A DNA stretch of 53,601 nucleotides, the filler included, from Porpidia crustulata (Eukaryota), in the NCBI GenBank assembly GCA_964255105.1. It is 2 parts of 2 records of this genome, joined end to end, with 100 filler letters (N's around TTAATTAATTAA, not from the genome) between each part and the next. Parts side by side here need not be neighbours in the genome. Positions count along the whole stretch, not along the records: positions 26,994 to 53,601 come from CAXUWE010000036.1; 1 more part is not named here. One strand, 5' to 3'. The position numbers and the translations under genes were made by a program. This document shows positions 50,532-53,601 of this stretch, in pieces. The notes beneath the pieces were generated by a model. That model did not search any database. It was not told where the DNA came from and saw only the letters and a program-made list of their open reading frames with translations. Position 1 is the stretch's first letter; each line of letters starts with the position of its first letter.

Positions 50532-52827
50532 TCATAGTTTAGACTGACCAAACTTTTGAAAGTCGAATGTTCTATTTTCGATCTCAATGGCTAGTATATG
50601 ATCCAGGGCAGATCTATCGTCCATGCAATCGGGGTCCACAAATTTTTCCGTTGGGGCTTGATGATGCTCAACAGGACCCGGGGCCGATACAGTGGTGTGG
50701 ATGGGAGCAGCTTTATGCCTAAGGTAACGCACAATCAAGTCATCCAAAGCTGTTGCATTCTCATGATCCGATGAGTGTTGTGGCATATACGGTATGTTTG
50801 TCCGTGAGGCAGGAATATGCATTCCTGCAAGTCTAGGGGTCGCCTTATCTACCTGGAAACCATAGATCAATCTTCGAGATTTATTGGTCAGGACGTTTCT
50901 TTCGGGTGGCAGATCTGAAGCGAGCCGCGGACTGGACGAAACAAGGATAATGGGCGACCCATGTATCTGCAGCTGGTAATGGACCGCGCCTCCTGCAATC
51001 CAAATTGGGATGGTACTTGGGTGGTGCCAGCTACTCTATAAACCGTTATCTTCAACATTGGGATACATAGTGGGCGACCCGTCCGACTCTCAGCTCCAGA
51101 ATTGGAGGGTGCAGTCCGCCTCACCAAGATTCCTGGCTTCCTGGCAGCTGCAGTACCAGTTCACCAGCTTCCTTTCCTCACTCTTGGCTCTGGGAAGTTT
51201 AGTAATTTGGAACGGGAGACGAGGATCTCTGCTGTCGGCGTCGGCTAATGGAACATTATGAAGCAGGACTTCGTCCCGTGTCAATCGTTCCAACCGGCTG
51301 GAATCCCTCAGGTGGGGCCACTTTTGGCATAATAGTATACGTATTGTACTCAAGTCCTTCCCCTGGGCAAGATAGCACTGGACAAATTGCTCTGCTGCTG
51401 CTTCTTCAGCCGTACAGTGCAACCATTTGATCTCAATGTTCGGCCATCTCTTCTTCAGCCGTGCTCTTGCCTTCTCTAAATCTTGTCCTTGATCGAGCAC
51501 ATCTTTGGCAGAGCTTATCAGCTCTTCTACTGCGTACTTCACATTGTTCTCGTCGACATGGCTGTCAAAGTCTTTCCATTCCGTCTCTAGTCGAAACGCT
51601 ATTGTTTCGAAGTTGCTACCCTTGAAGAACTCGGATAGCGTCGTATTCATCATTCCAGGGAGCCAGCCCAACGGTGATGATCGAGTGACGAAACGTTTCA
51701 CGCGGCCACCGTCCGTGACGCCAGGCACTCTTTGTTCCACATCAGACAAGCTGAAGTGATTGTCATATTCTTCTAGTTCAACCGTAAGACGTCTCATTGA
51801 GGCTGTCATAGTAGATGGTCTCGTCCATGGATTCTCATGATAGATATCAACGAATACGTTTCGTACCAAAGACCCAGCAACGGTTGCGAGCGAAAGCAAC
51901 ACCTGGCGTTTAATTAATTCTGCCTTGAGGATAAGAATGCCATTTCTACATACCACAAGAAGCAATCGTTTATCCCACGACAAAATAGTTATCATTATCA
52001 ATGATGTCAGTGCCCATGCAGCAATAGCCGCACAGATTATACAATTCGTTCTGACCTTCCAGCCATAATCGTGTTGGAGCTTAGCCCTTACTAGATTGTA
52101 ACCCAGAGCAATAAGCGAGTAATCCAGAAGGCTTGCGCCGGAAATCATGGAGAAACGGATCGTTTCGTGGTGAGAGAGGCTGAAGTGCATATTAGCACGA
52201 TGGTTCAAAACGCAGTCGACTTGAGCATACGCAAAGGACCCAAATTTGATCAAAGTAGGGATCCCCACATAGTAAAGACTAAGAATTCAACACCACTCTA
52301 TAAGACGATATATGTGTACGTCTCGCCACACGATGCTCAAGTCAAGAAACTAGACTATCGTAAGCTTTTGTTTCTTGCGATTAGTTACATGCACACCTCT
52401 ATTAAGATTATAGTCGTAATGGAGCAGCAGAGAAGGATCTCGATGCCTAACCAAACTTCTGGTTGTTATCAAGATTATGAACGTTCACAGTATTTAGAAT
52501 GAACTTACGACCGTCGAGACGAATGGGTTTTGATACGCTCGAGAACAGTGCGATCAGCGAGAGATTAAACACTACTGTAGATATCGTGATCCATAGTTGT
52601 GGTCGACGACAGACAACAGAGATCACACGCTGCGAGTATCTTCGGTATAGCTGATACATTAGTACCGCAAGATACAAAGCTGAGACCGGGACAAATATAA
52701 CGAGATAAATGATTGGTGAGACGACCCGCATAGTCGAGAATGAAACGGGGTGGAGCTTGCAGGTCACACCGCAGAAGTCGGAAAGGGGGATAAAGATAGA
52801 TGTGCAGATAGTGGGTCCACGAGGCAA
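50532..52827 (-). pseudogene. Hypothetical multi-pass membrane protein with cytoplasmic tail, disrupted
   Basis: Hydrophobic segments lie in 52447-52827 and ~51850-52200. ORFs 51090-52268 and 50532-50870 share a frame and are separated by TGA (51090-51092) and TAG (51036-51038). Confidence 0.5.
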
Positions 52828-53065
52828 AAAGAGACTTACCAGAAGACTGTACGAAGGACTTCAATCTTTTTGCCAGAACGAAGCTGATTTGACGATATCT
52901 AATGTTCCAATTCATCCTTTTCATGCTCGAGCAATCTGTCCAGAGACTTAGTATCATGAAGGCGAGGATTCGACTTGAGATGTCGACAACACAGACTTAA
53001 TCACTGAGGGCTATCATGGCGCAGGCGCCACAAGAATCGGACCAATGAGCTCATCAAATCCAACC

Positions 53066-53404
53066 ATGTTATGTCGAAAACGCAAAGAAAATCATACTAG
53101 CAATTTCTCGACATGTCGAGAATGCACTGAGCCCTGGGCCAGCAGCTTTTCAACATGTCAGGTCATGTCGGGAACGCAAAGAAAATCATACTACCAATTT
53201 CTCGACATGTCGAGAACGCAAAGAAAATCACACTAGCAATTTCTCGACATGTCGAGAATACACTAAGCCCTGGGCCAGCAGCTTTTCGACATGTCAGGTC
53301 ATGTCGGGAACGCAAAGAAAATCAAACTAGCACTTTCTCGACATGTCGAGAATGCAATGAGCCCGGGACCAGAAGCTTTTTGACATGTCATGTCATGTCG
53401 AGAA
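53066..53404. repeat. Higher-order tandem repeat (42-bp A and 52-bp B units, ABAABAB) with 18-bp palindromes
   Basis: TTCTCGACATGTCGAGAA occurs at 53105, 53199, 53241 and 53335 (spacing 94, 42, 94). CGCAAAGAAAATCA occurs at 53081, 53175, 53217 and 53311. Confidence 0.95.
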
Positions 53405-53547
53405 GATAATTGTAAATAGCGTAGTCCCATTTCTCGTGCAATCGCGTCCTTTGATCCGTTTCTGGAAAGCCGAATGCAAGAATGGACACAGCGATGCATC
53501 TTGGTTGACTCGTCTATCACAATGCTTTCTTACCTAATAATTCCTCT

Positions 53548-53601
53548 TAACGTAGTCTACCCTCAAACGAGACACACCCTCAAACGAGACAGCGCCCCAC
53601 C
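53548..53601 (+). mobile_element. Probable terminal inverted repeat of a pogo/Fot1-like DNA transposon, truncated by the window end
   Basis: TA followed by ACGT.., then two 17-bp-period copies of ACCCTCAAACGAGACA (53559, 53576). The partner end is not in the window. Confidence 0.5.

Noticed and set aside
53066..53404. CRISPR array interpretation
   Set aside because: The spacers are themselves repeated, the host is eukaryotic and no cas genes are present. The short 'STCRE' ORFs arise from the repeat and shift frame at 94-bp units.
46570..53601. Calling the right end a Starship giant transposon
   Set aside because: No DUF3435 captain gene or defined boundary is visible in the window. Kept only as a hypothesis to test.

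Overview
Eukaryotic, intron-containing DNA from a filamentous ascomycete (Pezizomycotina); the taxon is inferred from intron style and gene families. The window is two contigs joined by an artificial N44-TTAATTAATTAA-N44 linker (26894-26993), so adjacency across that point is not evidence. Left contig: a damaged metallo-beta-lactamase-fold gene, a 139-bp hairpin element carrying telomere-repeat motifs, a NACHT-ankyrin NLR, an SDR with a non-canonical donor, then a conserved block (RBM26/27-like PWI-CCCH-RRM gene, eEF2, CSF1, TMEM184/HFL1-like). Right contig: an accessory-looking carbohydrate cluster (27.4-46.4 kb). It has two transaldolase-family paralogues, one with fructose-6-phosphate-aldolase (FSA)-type residues and one lacking the Schiff-base lysine. 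It also has a PTH11-like receptor, an aldo-keto reductase with an apparent AT-AC intron and a premature stop, a DUF3605/GIG1 HIT-like gene, a decayed and an intact sugar porter, an NDP-glucose 4,6-dehydratase and an SDR. After it come two palindromic repeat arrays, a secreted thaumatin-like gene, a disrupted membrane-protein gene and a probable DNA-transposon TIR at the window end. Gene models were spliced by eye and family calls come from remembered motifs, not database searches; exon boundaries are approximate unless stated.
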